In this document: piece by piece, positions 8,748 to 18,730 of the stretch
Layout: every line of letters begins with the position of its first letter
How positions within the stretch are numbered: the first letter of the stretch is position 1
NCBI GenBank assembly: GCA_944391055.1
Contig: CALXSF010000005.1
Span: 28,922 to 92,921, forward strand
DNA: 64,000 bases
Direction: 5' to 3'
Source: an uncultured Kiritimatiellota bacterium
GTDB lineage: Bacteria; Verrucomicrobiota; Kiritimatiellia; RFP12; DVOR01
Program-made: the position numbers and the translations under genes
Notes under the pieces: generated by a model
What the model was told of the DNA's origin: nothing
Database searches by the model: none
Seen by the model: the letters and a program-made list of their open reading frames with translations, nothing else

Positions 8748-9316
8748 TCGGCGAGCCGGCGGAGGATCGGGCGCGCGCCCGGCGCGACCGCATCGCGCTG
8801 CGGCTCTTCCTGGGCTGCGCGGCGGCCTTGCTGGGGGCCTATGCGTGCGCCGACGCGGCAGGGGTGTTGCCGCGGGAGCTCTCGGTGCGGTGGCGCTCGG
8901 CCCATCGCGGGGAGTTGGACCTCGACCGCCGGTACGCGGAGTTCGACCCGGATCTTTGCCTGGGGATCGCGGTGGGGGACACGCGCTATCGTTTCAACTA
9001 CGCCACGTACCACGCCATCGTCACGCGGCCGCTCTTCGGCGTGCGCCACTGGGTGGTGCCCGAGGAGGTGCGTTTCGAGGGGGACGTCTTCACGGTGACG
9101 GCGCTTGACCCCTTCGCCCTGCTCAACGCCACCGGCGTGGAGACCGTCTCCCTGCCGCCGACCCTGCGCCACACCAACGGCGCCGAGGCGCTGGCGTGCC
9201 GCGAGCTGCGCACGCTGACCCTGCGCCTGCCCGGCGGCGGCGCGCGCGTCTTTCCCCAAGCCAAGGGCTTCGGCGAGGAGACCCTCCGCCGCCTGGCCCC
9301 CCAACCCTCGGAGTGA
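8744..9316 (+). CDS. Hypothetical membrane-anchored protein (190 aa)
   Basis: ATG overlaps the pdxA stop (ATGA coupling). One N-terminal hydrophobic segment (IALRLFLGCAAALLGAYACA). No recognizable family. The 416-aa ORF 8066..9316 is a frame artifact extending upstream over pdxA. Confidence 0.5.
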   Translation: MIGEPAEDRARARRDRIALRLFLGCAAALLGAYACADAAGVLPRELSVRWRSAHRGELDLDRRYAEFDPDLCLGIAVGDTRYRFNYATYHAIVTRPLFGVRHWVVPEEVRFEGDVFTVTALDPFALLNATGVETVSLPPTLRHTNGAEALACRELRTLTLRLPGGGARVFPQAKGFGEETLRRLAPQPSE

Positions 9317-9320
9317 ACCC

Positions 9321-9893
9321 ATGCGAATCACCGGCGGCGCCTGGCGCGGGCGCACCCTGCTCATCCCGAAATCCGACGCCGTCCGCCCGACGCAGGACCG
9401 CGTGCGCGAGGCGCTCTTCAACCTGCTGCGCCCCGTGCTGGGCGGCGCGCGCTTCCTGGACCTCTTCGCCGGGTCGGGGGCCGTGGGGCTCGAGGCGCTG
9501 AGCCAGGGGGCGGCCTCGGCCGACTTCGTGGAGCGCGACCGGACGGTCCACGCCACGCTGGTGCGCAACCTCGCGGCCTTCGGCGTCGACCCCGCCCACG
9601 CCTTCCTGGCCGACGCGGAGGCGTGGCTGGCGCGGCCTCTGCCCCCCCACGGCCCGTGGGACGTGGTCTTCGCCGACCCGCCTTACCGCCTGGGCGAGGC
9701 GTTGGGGGCAGCGGCCTTCGCGGAGGGGCTGCTCCGGCGCGGGGCCCTCGCGCCCGGGGGCATCCTGGCGCTGGAATCCGACGGCGCGTCGCCGCCCGGG
9801 CCGTTGCCGGGGATGACGCTCCTGCGCGACCGGCGCTACGGCAAGACGCGCCTGACGCTGCACCGGCTGGGCGCCCCGGAGGCCTCGGCTTAG
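9321..9893 (+). CDS. rsmD: 16S rRNA (guanine966-N2)-methyltransferase RsmD
   Basis: The 190-aa protein begins MRITGGAWRGRTLLIPKSDAVRPTQDRVREALFN... It carries a FLDLFAGSGAVGLEALSQGA SAM-binding motif and a DPPY motif, the canonical RsmD architecture. Confidence 0.8.
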   Translation: MRITGGAWRGRTLLIPKSDAVRPTQDRVREALFNLLRPVLGGARFLDLFAGSGAVGLEALSQGAASADFVERDRTVHATLVRNLAAFGVDPAHAFLADAEAWLARPLPPHGPWDVVFADPPYRLGEALGAAAFAEGLLRRGALAPGGILALESDGASPPGPLPGMTLLRDRRYGKTRLTLHRLGAPEASA

Positions 9894-9960
9894 AGCGGCT
9901 CACGGGCCCGCGCAGTCCGCGTCGCGAACCTTTCGAGAGCGGCTCTTAGCGAAAAAGTCC

Positions 9961-9990
9961 TTGACAGGGGGGCTTTCGGGGGGCTATACT
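9961..9990 (+). promoter_or_regulatory. Near-consensus sigma70 promoter (TTGACA-18 bp-TATACT) for the HU-like gene / efflux operon
   Basis: TTGACA at 9961-9966 and TATACT at 9985-9990. The RBS AAGGAGG at 10003-10009 and the ATG at 10015 follow. Confidence 0.6.
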
Positions 9991-10014
9991 TGGGGCCATC
10001 GAAAGGAGGACCCC

Positions 10015-10431
10015 ATGGATCGCGCGGAAGAGAAGAAGCCCGAGGGCGTGCAGTACATCATCCATCCCACGCCGCCGGACGCGACGGGCCGCCGGAAGCT
10101 CTGCGCCCACGCCGTGGCGCGTAAGACCTACACGCGCAAGGAATTGGCGGAGTTCATCGCCTCGCGTACGCCGTTGCTGGACGCCGCGACGGTGATTTTC
10201 GTGCAGGAGGCCGTCCAAGACGCCATCAAGGTGCTGTTGAAGCGCGGCGACAGCGTGGCCTTCCAGAACCTCTTCACCCTCCAGCTCGCCATCTCCGGCA
10301 CCTTCGAGGAGGGCGAGGCGCCCGACCCGGCGAAGGGCAACGTGCTCAAGCCGCGCGTGCGCATCGCCCCGGCCTTCATCAAGGAGGTGAACGAGGGGAT
10401 CCGCTTCGTGCCCAAGGAGGAGGGGAAATGA
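10015..10431 (+). CDS. HU/IHF-like DNA-binding protein (Bacteroidetes-type histone-like family), 138 aa
   Basis: Strong RBS upstream. Sequence ...RRKLCAHAVARKTYTRKELAEFIASRTPLLDAATVIFVQEAVQDAIKVLLKRGDSVAFQNLF... resembles HU-fold histone-like proteins. Start chosen at MDRAEEKK over the upstream ORF-track start because of the promoter and RBS. Confidence 0.5.
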   Translation: MDRAEEKKPEGVQYIIHPTPPDATGRRKLCAHAVARKTYTRKELAEFIASRTPLLDAATVIFVQEAVQDAIKVLLKRGDSVAFQNLFTLQLAISGTFEEGEAPDPAKGNVLKPRVRIAPAFIKEVNEGIRFVPKEEGK

Positions 10432-11927
10432 GGCTCGGCGGGCTCGCGGCGGGCGCGTTGGCGCTGGCCGGGCTCGCGGGGTGCGCGCCTGGCCTGGGGG
10501 AGCGTGTGGAGGCGGCGCGGGAGTACGACGCCGGGAAGACGGCGGAGACGGAGGACTTCTTCCGCACAAACGCCGCGCCGCTGCGCCTCACGCAGTGCCG
10601 GGAGTGGGCGCGGGCGCGGACGCTGAAGCTGACGCAGGCGCGGCTGGACGCGCGGTTGGCGCGCATCCAGGGGACGGCGGCCTTCTCGGCCTTCCTGCCG
10701 CAGGTGGAGCTGACGTATGGGCGCTCGGGGACGGACAAGATCCTGCGCACGAACGTGGCGGCGCTGGGGCTGTCGCTCCAGATGCAGGACAAGTGGGTGA
10801 CGGAGTCGGCGCTGACGATCAGCCAGCCGGTTTTCGCCCCCAACGCCTGGCTGCTGTGGCTGGCGGCGCGCCGCGGGGCGCAGCTGCAGGCGCTGACGGT
10901 GGCGCGCAACGAGGAGATGCTCGACGTCCAGGTGGCCACCCTCTTCTATCAGGCCGCGGTGGCCGCGCGGACGGTCGAGGCCTATGAGGCCCAGGCGAAG
11001 GCCTCCGCCGAGCTGACGCGCCAGATTGAGGCGCTGACCCAGGAGGGGCTGGCGCTCCGGGGCGAGGAGGCGCGGGCGCGGGCCCTCCACGCGGGCGACG
11101 TCTACAACGCCCAGGTGGCGCGCGACAACGCCTTCGCCGCCAAGGCCAACCTGTTGGACCTGATGAACCTCCATCCGCTGGCCGAGGCGGCGCCGCCGGT
11201 GGACGGCGATTCGCTGCTGGAGGTGCGGGCGCTGCCGTGGGGCGTGGCGGACGCGGAGGGGAAGTGGGCGCCGCGCAGCCGGAAGGCCGCGCTGGGGACG
11301 CCCTTGGAGGAGTGGCTGTGGACGGCGTTGGTGGCGCGCAAGGAGATGTGGGCGGGCGACCTGACGATCGTCCTGCGCAGGGTGGAGGCGCTGGCCGCGC
11401 TGGCGCATTTCCTGCCCACGCTCTCGGTGGGCGGCGGCAAGGCCTATTCCGGCAGCGATTTCCTGACGCCGCACAGTTATCTGACGGGGGCGGTCGGCGG
11501 CGTGATGAGCGTCTTCGACGGGCTCCAGTCCATCGCCGACTACCAGGCCGCGCGGGCCAAGGAGGAGGCGGCCTACGCGCTGCGCGAGGACGCCGCGGCC
11601 ACCCTCATGGTCTCGGTCTGGCAGGCGTGGACGAATTGGCGCCAGGCGCGCGACCTGCGGGCCGTGGCCGCCGCCGCGCGCGAGGCCGCCGAGATCGACT
11701 ACGCGGAGACCAAGGCGCGCTACGAGAACGACCAGGAGACGCTCTCGGAGGTGCTCGACAAGTTCTCGGCGCTGGAGCGGGCGCGCATCGACGCGCTCGC
11801 CTCGGAGTACGCGGACGCGCTGGCGGAGTTCGTCTTCCGCGACACCATCGGCCTCGGCTGGGGGGCGGACGTGCCCCGCGACCCGGGGGCGCAACCTTTG
11901 CTCAGGGAAATGGAGGCAACGGAATGA
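10428..11927 (+). CDS. Outer-membrane efflux protein (TolC/OprM family lipoprotein)
   Basis: Lipoprotein signal (LALAGLAGC). Coiled-coil and beta-barrel repeat organisation. First gene of a three-gene efflux operon with overlapping start/stop codons. Confidence 0.75.
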   Translation: MRLGGLAAGALALAGLAGCAPGLGERVEAAREYDAGKTAETEDFFRTNAAPLRLTQCREWARARTLKLTQARLDARLARIQGTAAFSAFLPQVELTYGRSGTDKILRTNVAALGLSLQMQDKWVTESALTISQPVFAPNAWLLWLAARRGAQLQALTVARNEEMLDVQVATLFYQAAVAARTVEAYEAQAKASAELTRQIEALTQEGLALRGEEARARALHAGDVYNAQVARDNAFAAKANLLDLMNLHPLAEAAPPVDGDSLLEVRALPWGVADAEGKWAPRSRKAALGTPLEEWLWTALVARKEMWAGDLTIVLRRVEALAALAHFLPTLSVGGGKAYSGSDFLTPHSYLTGAVGGVMSVFDGLQSIADYQAARAKEEAAYALREDAAATLMVSVWQAWTNWRQARDLRAVAAAAREAAEIDYAETKARYENDQETLSEVLDKFSALERARIDALASEYADALAEFVFRDTIGLGWGADVPRDPGAQPLLREMEATE

Positions 11928-13057
11928 GGCGTTTGGTTTGGCTGTGCGCGGCGCTGGCCTTGGCCGGCTGCGCGAAGGAAGAGACGCAGGGGCAGGCGGA
12001 CAACCGCCCGCGCGTGAAGGTCTGCGCGCTGACCGGCGGCCTGACCTTCGAGGACTTCGCGACGGTGCAGGGGAGCGTGCGCACGAAGTTCACCGCCGCC
12101 GTGGCGTCGCGTCTGCCGGGGACGGTGGACGAGGTGCTGGCGGACGAGGGGGACGTGGTGAAGGCCGGCCAGCCGCTCTTCCAGGTCGACCGCGTGAACC
12201 TCGAGAACCAGGTGGCCATCGCGAAGGACGACCAGGCCGTCGCCGCCGCCGCGCGCGCCGAGGCCGTCGCCGCCCAGGCCGAGGCCGAGGCCGCCCACGC
12301 CAAGGCCCTCACCGACGCCGCGCGCTACAGGCGACTCTACGAGGAGAGCCGCTCCGTCACCAAGGACGCCTGGGAGCGGGCCGAGCTGCAGCTGCGCAGC
12401 GCCGCGGCGACCCTCGCCCGCGCCAAGGCCGCCGTGGCCACCGCCGACGCCAAGATCCTCCAGGCCGACACCGCCCTGCGCATCGCCGAGAAGAACCTGG
12501 CCGACTCGCGCGGGCTGGCGCCCTTCGACGGCATCGTCACCCAGAAGCTGCGCGACCGCGGCGACTTCGTGGACGCGGGCACGGCCATCTTCGCGCTCGA
12601 CGACCCGCGCGTCCGCGAGGTCTGCGTGACCCTGACGGCCGACCGGTACGCGGACGTGGCCGTCGGCAAGACCGAGATCGTGACCTCCTTCGGGCAGACG
12701 CTCCCCGTGACCTACAAGTCGCCGACGGTGGACCCCGCGACGCGCACCTTCGAGATCCGCGCCGTGATGCGGCCCGACCCCGCGGTGGCGCCGGGGATGC
12801 TTTGCGGCGCGCGGATCGTCTTCGCGCGGCGGACGGGCTTCGGCCTGCCGGCGGGCGCGGTGGCGCCGCGCGGCGGGCGCGAGGTGGCCTTCGCCGTGGA
12901 CGCGGAGGGGACGGTCGGGGCCATCGAGGCCAAGCGCGGCGCCACCGCCGGCGGCATGGTCGAGATCCTCAACCCCGAGGCCTTCGAGGGCGCGCAGGTG
13001 GTGGCCGAGGGGATGCTCCTGCTCAACCTGGGCGACCGCGTGAAGGCGGTGAGGTAA
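11924..13057 (+). CDS. RND efflux membrane fusion (periplasmic adaptor) protein, HlyD/AcrA family
   Basis: Lipoprotein signal (MRRLVWLCAALALAGC). Biotinyl/lipoyl-like hairpin (DEGDVVKAGQPLFQVD) and a long coiled coil. The ATG overlaps the OMF stop. The ORF-track start at 11237 is a frame extension. Confidence 0.8.
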   Translation: MRRLVWLCAALALAGCAKEETQGQADNRPRVKVCALTGGLTFEDFATVQGSVRTKFTAAVASRLPGTVDEVLADEGDVVKAGQPLFQVDRVNLENQVAIAKDDQAVAAAARAEAVAAQAEAEAAHAKALTDAARYRRLYEESRSVTKDAWERAELQLRSAAATLARAKAAVATADAKILQADTALRIAEKNLADSRGLAPFDGIVTQKLRDRGDFVDAGTAIFALDDPRVREVCVTLTADRYADVAVGKTEIVTSFGQTLPVTYKSPTVDPATRTFEIRAVMRPDPAVAPGMLCGARIVFARRTGFGLPAGAVAPRGGREVAFAVDAEGTVGAIEAKRGATAGGMVEILNPEAFEGAQVVAEGMLLLNLGDRVKAVR

Positions 13058-13085
13058 CCCGCCGGCGAAACGAAAGGAGGCGGCC

Positions 13086-16000
13086 ATGTTTCTTGCGGAC
13101 GCATCGGTCAAGCGGCCCATCGCGATGAGCGTGCTCATCATCATGCTCTCCTTCCTGGGCGTGATGTCGCTGCGCACGCTGGGCAACGACCTTCTGCCGA
13201 CGGTCGACGTCCCCTACGTCACCATCTCCGTGGTCTATTCCGGCGCCTCGCCCGACGAGCTGGAGACCTCCGTCACCCGCAAGATCGAGGACGCCATCTC
13301 GCAGGTCGAGGGCATCAAGCACATCTCCTCCACCTGCCTCAACAACTTCACCCAGGTGCTCATCGAGTTCGAGCTCGACCGCGACGTCGACGTCGCCGCC
13401 ACCGACGTCCGCGAGAAGGTTGACCTCATCCTCGACGAGCTCCCTGAGGACGCCGAGGCCCCCGAGATCCTCAAGTACGACATCAACGCCACCCCCGTCG
13501 TCACCCTCGCCCTCAAGGGCGACCTCCCCCTCGACGAGCTCTACGACTACGCCGACGACAAGCTGAGCGACCGCTTCTCCTCCCTCGCCGGCGTGGCCAG
13601 CGTGGACCTCATCGGCGGCATGGAGCGCGAGGTCATCGTGGAGGTCGACCGCGACAAGCTCGCCGGCCGTGGCCTGGCGATGGCCAACGTCGTCCAGGCC
13701 CTCGGCCAAGGCAACGTCAAGATCCCCATGGGCCAGATCGACGACGGCGCGCGCGAGATCTCCCTCACCTTCGACGGCGAGCCCGACGAGATCGAGGGCC
13801 TGGGCGACCTCCAGGTCGGCGTCTCCCAAGGCCGCCGCGTCTATCTGCGCGACGTCGCCACCTTCGCCTTCGGCACCGAGCGCAAGACCTCCCTCTCCTT
13901 CCACGACGGCGACCCCTGCGTGACCATGAAGGTCACCAAGAAGGGCGACGCCAACGGCACCCTCGTCGTCGCCGAGGTCGCGCGTGTCGTCGCCGAGCTC
14001 AAGGATTCCCTCCCCGGCGGCATGGAGCTGGTCTGGTTCCGCGACGACGGCACCTACATCAACGCCACCGTCTCCGACGGCTTCCTCTCCGTCTGGCAGG
14101 GCGTCCTCCTCACCGGCATCGTGCTGCTCATCTTCCTGGCGGACGTGCGGACGGCCTTCGCCGCCTTCGTCTCCATCCCCGTGACGATGCTCATCACCGC
14201 CGCCGCCTTCCCCCTCTTCGGCTACACCTTCAACATCATCACCATGTGCGCGGTCGGCATCTCGGTCGGCATCCTGGTGGCCAACTCCATCGTCGTGCTC
14301 GAGAACATCGGCCTGGAGTTCGCCAAGCGCAAGGGCACGCGCTACGCCATCGGCCCGGTCGTCGCCTCCGCCACCGGCTACGTCGCCCTCGCCGTCGCCG
14401 CCAGCGCGCTCACCAACATCGTCGTCTTCCTGCCCATCGCCACCATGTCCTCGCTGGCGGGCAAGTTTCTGGCCCCCTTTGCCGTGGTCGTCACCGTGGC
14501 CACCTTCGCCTCGCTGCTCATCTCCTTCACCCTCACGCCCATCCTGGCGATGGTCACCGTGCGCTGGGGCGAGCGCCGCCTCAACCCGGCCCTTGCCTGG
14601 TGCCTCCGCCCGTGGGATTGGTTCTACAAGCGCCTCGAGCGCGCCTACGTCCGCTCCGTCAAGCACGTCGCCCGCGCCCCGTGGGCTTTCCTGCTCGTCG
14701 CCGGCGGGCTCACCGTCGCCGGCTTCCTCTACTTTCCCAAGCAGGTCCAGATGGACTTCGTCCCCGAGATCGACCAAGGCGACGTCACCATCCGCCTGGA
14801 GTTCCCCGCCGACTACAACCTCGGCCGCACCGTCGCCCGCACCCGCGCCATCGCCGACAAGATCCGCGCCGCCGAGCCCGCCGTCACCCACACCAACATC
14901 AACTGCGGCAAGGTCCAGGGCCAGATGGGCACCGTCTCCGAGGGCCCCTACCTCGCCGAGGTCAACCTCCGCCTCACCCCCATGACCGAGCGCCCCGACG
15001 ACCCCATCGGCGCCATTCGCGCCCGCCTCCGCGCCCTTCTCCTCGAGGAGCCCGACTGCATCTACGCCGTCCTCATCCCCTCCGCCGCCGGCGGCGCCAG
15101 CCAGGACATCGCCCAATACGTCAAGGGCCCCGACCTTGGCGTCCTCGACCAGGCCGGCCTGCGCATGGCCCGGGCCTTCGCCGCCGACCCCGTCAACACC
15201 GACGTCGCCTCCTCCATCCGCCCTGGCCGCCCCGAGGTCCGCTTCCTCCCCGACCGCGCCGTCCTCCACGACCTCGGCCTCCCCGCCTCCACCCTCGGCC
15301 AAAGCCTCCGCGCCAACGTCGCCGGCCTCGAGCAGACCACCTACAAGCGCGGCGACCGCTCCTACGACATCCGCGCCCGCTACCGCCAGGTCGACGGCCA
15401 GGGCCAGCTCGCCGCCTTCGACCTCCCCGGCCCCGGCTCCCAGCCCTTCCCCATCGGCGCCGTCGCCGAGCTTCGCCCCGGCCTCCAGCCCACCATCATC
15501 AACCGCTACGACAAATCCCGCACCGTCATCCTCTACGCCAACGCCGCCCGCGGCTACGGCATGGGCACCGCCCTCGCCCACCAGGGCCGCGTCATCGCCG
15601 ACAACCTCCCCCCCGGCTGCTCCGCCACCGTCGGCGGCATGGCCGAGAAGATGAACGAGACCTTCGCCGAGTTCGCCACCGTCGTCTTCGTCGCCATCGT
15701 CCTCACCTACCTGCTCCTCTGCGCCATGATGGAATCCTGGACGCAGCCCTTCATCATCCTCCTCACCGTCCCCTTCTCCTACCTCGGGCTCTACATCGCC
15801 CTCTGGCTCACCCACGAAAGCCTCTCCATGTTCGGCCTCCTGGCCGGCGTCATGCTCGTGGGCGTCGTCGTCAACGCCGCCATCCTCCTCATCGACGAGG
15901 TCAACACCATCCGCCGCGCCGGCGCCGACGTCCTCCCCGCCGCCGCCCTCCTCCGCGCCGCCAAGCGCAAGTTCCGCCCCATCCTCATGACCTGCGTCGC

Positions 16001-16166
16001 CGCCCTCTTCGGCATGCTCCCCATGGCCACCGGCACCGGGCTGGGCTCCGAGCTGCGCGCCTCCATCGGCATCGGCTCGGTCGGCGGCATCATCCTCTCC
16101 TCCCTCATGGCCCTCTACTTCATCCCCGCGGCCTACCTGATCCTCGCCCGGCGCAGGGGGGCCTGA
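13086..16166 (+). CDS. RND-family efflux transporter permease (AcrB/HAE1-like), 1026 aa
   Basis: N-terminus MFLADASVKRPIAMSVLIIMLSFLGVMSLRTLGNDLLP, with 12-TM topology and two large periplasmic loops. Length and operon context are typical. Confidence 0.9.
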   Translation: MFLADASVKRPIAMSVLIIMLSFLGVMSLRTLGNDLLPTVDVPYVTISVVYSGASPDELETSVTRKIEDAISQVEGIKHISSTCLNNFTQVLIEFELDRDVDVAATDVREKVDLILDELPEDAEAPEILKYDINATPVVTLALKGDLPLDELYDYADDKLSDRFSSLAGVASVDLIGGMEREVIVEVDRDKLAGRGLAMANVVQALGQGNVKIPMGQIDDGAREISLTFDGEPDEIEGLGDLQVGVSQGRRVYLRDVATFAFGTERKTSLSFHDGDPCVTMKVTKKGDANGTLVVAEVARVVAELKDSLPGGMELVWFRDDGTYINATVSDGFLSVWQGVLLTGIVLLIFLADVRTAFAAFVSIPVTMLITAAAFPLFGYTFNIITMCAVGISVGILVANSIVVLENIGLEFAKRKGTRYAIGPVVASATGYVALAVAASALTNIVVFLPIATMSSLAGKFLAPFAVVVTVATFASLLISFTLTPILAMVTVRWGERRLNPALAWCLRPWDWFYKRLERAYVRSVKHVARAPWAFLLVAGGLTVAGFLYFPKQVQMDFVPEIDQGDVTIRLEFPADYNLGRTVARTRAIADKIRAAEPAVTHTNINCGKVQGQMGTVSEGPYLAEVNLRLTPMTERPDDPIGAIRARLRALLLEEPDCIYAVLIPSAAGGASQDIAQYVKGPDLGVLDQAGLRMARAFAADPVNTDVASSIRPGRPEVRFLPDRAVLHDLGLPASTLGQSLRANVAGLEQTTYKRGDRSYDIRARYRQVDGQGQLAAFDLPGPGSQPFPIGAVAELRPGLQPTIINRYDKSRTVILYANAARGYGMGTALAHQGRVIADNLPPGCSATVGGMAEKMNETFAEFATVVFVAIVLTYLLLCAMMESWTQPFIILLTVPFSYLGLYIALWLTHESLSMFGLLAGVMLVGVVVNAAILLIDEVNTIRRAGADVLPAAALLRAAKRKFRPILMTCVAALFGMLPMATGTGLGSELRASIGIGSVGGIILSSLMALYFIPAAYLILARRRGA

Positions 16167-16182
16167 CCCGTTTCTCCGCACA

Positions 16183-16222
16183 AAAAAAGGGCCGCCCCCG
16201 TCGGGGGCGGCCCTTTTTTGCC
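16183..16222. terminator. Bidirectional rho-independent terminator between convergent genes
   Basis: aaaaaaagggccgcccccgtcgggggcggcccttttttgcc: a perfect GC stem flanked by A-run and T-run. Confidence 0.7.
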
Positions 16223-16228
16223 TTCCTC

Positions 16229-18703
16229 TCACTCGTAACGCAGCTGGGCGGTGGCGGCGCAGGGGGCGGAGGCGCGGAAGCGGAGCCAGTAGCCGTCGAG
16301 GTCGGAGAGGTCAACGGCGAGGGGCTTGCCGGCGGGGACGGCGTAGGTGGCGTAGGGGAACCAGACGCCGGTGCCGGTGAGGTCGACCTCGAGGGTGAAG
16401 GCGACGGGCCTCTTGGCGTCGTGGGCGAGGGTGAGGGCCTTGCGGTCGAAGCCGGTGAGGAGGTAGGGGTCGGAGGGCTCGCCGGCCTTGACGGGGGTCT
16501 TGAGCCAGGGGCCGCCCTGGCCGCGGGGCTTGCCGAAGGCCCACAGGTCGTCGATGGCGCCGACCCAGACGGCGGCCTTGCCGTCGTCGGAGCGGATGAC
16601 GTGCCCGTCGGCGGGGGCGTCGGGGCGGACGCCGGTGAGGACGAGGAGGCCGCGCCAGGAGGCGAAGTCGTGGATCTGGGCGTTGTGGGCGGCGATGGGG
16701 CGGACTTTGGCGAAGCCGCCGGCGTTCTCGGCGGGGAGCTCGTAGAAGAGGCCGCAGAGGTTCAGGAGGTCGCGCTCGGTGCAGACCTCGCGGCAGACGC
16801 GTGCCGGGCCGAGGGGGCCGGGGCGGTCGAAGGCGGCGGAGGCCTTGGGGAAGCGCCAGCGGCGGCCCTTGTCGTCGACGAGCAGGGCGGAGGCGGCGTC
16901 GACGCTCACGCCCGTGCCCTCGGTGGGGATGGCGTAGTTGGCCTTGGCCCAGGCGGGGTTGTCGGGGAGGCGGCGGAGCGTGAGGTCGGGGGTGAGCTCG
17001 TAGAGGCCGACGTCCTCGGGGCCGTCCTTCCCGGCGCGCATGGCCGCGAGGCCAAGGGTGCCGAGGCGTTCGCCGCGGACGTAGGGGAGGCCGCCGAGGG
17101 CCTGCGCGCCGCCCACGCGGGCGAGGCCGTCGAAGCGCGTGTCGGGGCGCGTGCCGCGCGTGTCGGCCTTGGCGTATTGGAAGTAGGCGGTGACGCCCTC
17201 GGCGTCGCGCCCGGCGGTGAGGCGGAGCCAGGCGCCGCGGAGGGCGGAGAGGTCACAGCGGGTGGCTTGGTTGGGGGGGACGTCGAGGGTGCCGACCTTT
17301 TCCCAAGTGCCGTCGCCCTTGGCGTCGACCTCGAGGGTGACGGCGAGGGGCTTGTCGCCGCGGTGGGCGAGCCAAAGGGCGCGGCGGTCGTAGCCGTCGA
17401 GGAGGTAGGGGTCGGAGGGCTCGCCGGCCTTGACGGCCTCGTCGAACCAGAGGGCGCCGCGGCCGAGGGCGGGGCCGAGGGCGGCGAGCTGGTCGGGGCG
17501 GAGGAACCAGAGGTTGGAGTTGGATTGGCCGGGGCCGCGGATGGCGCCCTTGGCGCGGCGCTTGTTGTAGAACTCGTTCTTGGCGGTGTCGTCGCAGCCG
17601 AGGACGACCCAGTCGCCCCAGCGGCAGAAGTCGCCGACGACCTTGACGGTGTTGGAGAGGGGGCGGATGCCGGCGGAGGTCTTGGAGGTGAAGGTCTTGG
17701 GGAAGCGCCAGAAGGTGCCGTGCATGGTCATGAGCAGGTCGTTGCCGAGGCCGATCTCGCGGATTCGGGGCCATTCGGTGTTCCAGCCGTGGGCGCCGTC
17801 GTAGCTGTGGCTGCCCTTGGGGAGGCGGTAGGTGTGCCATTGGCCGCCGTCGAGGGCCATGAGGATGAGGGAGCGGTAGTCCCAGCCGACGCTCCAGAGG
17901 GGGTCGTCGGGGGAGGCGTTGCCGAGGATGCCGCCGGGGCCGGTGACCTCGGTGAACTGGTTGCGGCGGACGACGCGGAAGTCGGGGCGGCCGTCGTCGC
18001 GGAGCCCGCCCCGCCATTCGGCCAGGACGCCGGAGGGGGTGGCGGGGTCCCACTGCGCGCGGGCGGCGGTGTCGCCGTTGTTGGCGTAGACCACGCGGCC
18101 CTGGGCGGTGTAGGCGCCCTTGCCGTGGTAGCCGGGGAGGAGGGTGCCGGCGTGGCTGCGCGCGCCGGGCTCGCGGTTGCCGTCCACGTTGAGCTCGCGC
18201 AGCGCCAAGGTGCGGACGTCGATGTCGTAGAGGCCCTCCTCCATCGTGGCGTAGTAGAGGCGGTTGGCGGGGTCGGTGAGGTGGCGCATGTTGGCCGTGA
18301 GGCGGCCGTAGATGGGCTTGCCGGGGCGCTTGGGGTCCTTGGGGACGCGGACGCCGCCCTTTTTGTCGATGACGTAGGGGCCGATGAAGAGCTGGCGGGA
18401 CTCGCGGTGGATCATGCGGTTGGCGGGGGTGCCGCCGATGCTTTCGGGGCGGATGATCTGCGTGAGGTCGGGGGTGATCTGGTAGAGCTTGTCCGAGGAG
18501 CCGTCGGGCTCGTGCGGGGCGTAGGTGACGGCCCAGAGGCTGCCGGCCCAGGGGACCACCGCGCCCGTGCCGCATTCGCCCTCGTCGTTGAACATGGCCA
18601 GGTGCGGGTAGATGCCGCTGACGAAGGGTCGCTTGGCGGCCTCGGCCGCCGTGGCCGCGCCGGCGCCGAGCAGGGCCAGCGCGCAGAGGAGGAGTCGTTT
18701 CAT
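16229..18703 (-). CDS. Secreted hypothetical protein (824 aa) with an internal duplication of a ~400-aa unit
   Basis: Signal peptide (MKRLLLCALALLGAGAATAAEA). Two homologous halves, e.g. KAGEPSDPYLLDGYDRRALWLAHRGDKPLAVTLEVDAKGDG and KAGEPSDPYLLTGFDRKALTLAHDAKRPVAFTLEVDLTGTG. No family recognized. The GC-rich antisense ORFs on the plus strand are artifacts. Confidence 0.6.
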   Translation of the reverse strand: MKRLLLCALALLGAGAATAAEAAKRPFVSGIYPHLAMFNDEGECGTGAVVPWAGSLWAVTYAPHEPDGSSDKLYQITPDLTQIIRPESIGGTPANRMIHRESRQLFIGPYVIDKKGGVRVPKDPKRPGKPIYGRLTANMRHLTDPANRLYYATMEEGLYDIDVRTLALRELNVDGNREPGARSHAGTLLPGYHGKGAYTAQGRVVYANNGDTAARAQWDPATPSGVLAEWRGGLRDDGRPDFRVVRRNQFTEVTGPGGILGNASPDDPLWSVGWDYRSLILMALDGGQWHTYRLPKGSHSYDGAHGWNTEWPRIREIGLGNDLLMTMHGTFWRFPKTFTSKTSAGIRPLSNTVKVVGDFCRWGDWVVLGCDDTAKNEFYNKRRAKGAIRGPGQSNSNLWFLRPDQLAALGPALGRGALWFDEAVKAGEPSDPYLLDGYDRRALWLAHRGDKPLAVTLEVDAKGDGTWEKVGTLDVPPNQATRCDLSALRGAWLRLTAGRDAEGVTAYFQYAKADTRGTRPDTRFDGLARVGGAQALGGLPYVRGERLGTLGLAAMRAGKDGPEDVGLYELTPDLTLRRLPDNPAWAKANYAIPTEGTGVSVDAASALLVDDKGRRWRFPKASAAFDRPGPLGPARVCREVCTERDLLNLCGLFYELPAENAGGFAKVRPIAAHNAQIHDFASWRGLLVLTGVRPDAPADGHVIRSDDGKAAVWVGAIDDLWAFGKPRGQGGPWLKTPVKAGEPSDPYLLTGFDRKALTLAHDAKRPVAFTLEVDLTGTGVWFPYATYAVPAGKPLAVDLSDLDGYWLRFRASAPCAATAQLRYE

Positions 18704-18730
18704 GGTCGGTTGTCTCCGTGGGGGGATGGG

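Noticed and set aside
8066-9316. 416-aa ORF overlapping pdxA
   Set aside because: Only the 3' part (from ATG 8744, coupled to the pdxA stop) looks like a real gene. The upstream part is an out-of-frame Gly/Ala/Arg-rich translation of pdxA.
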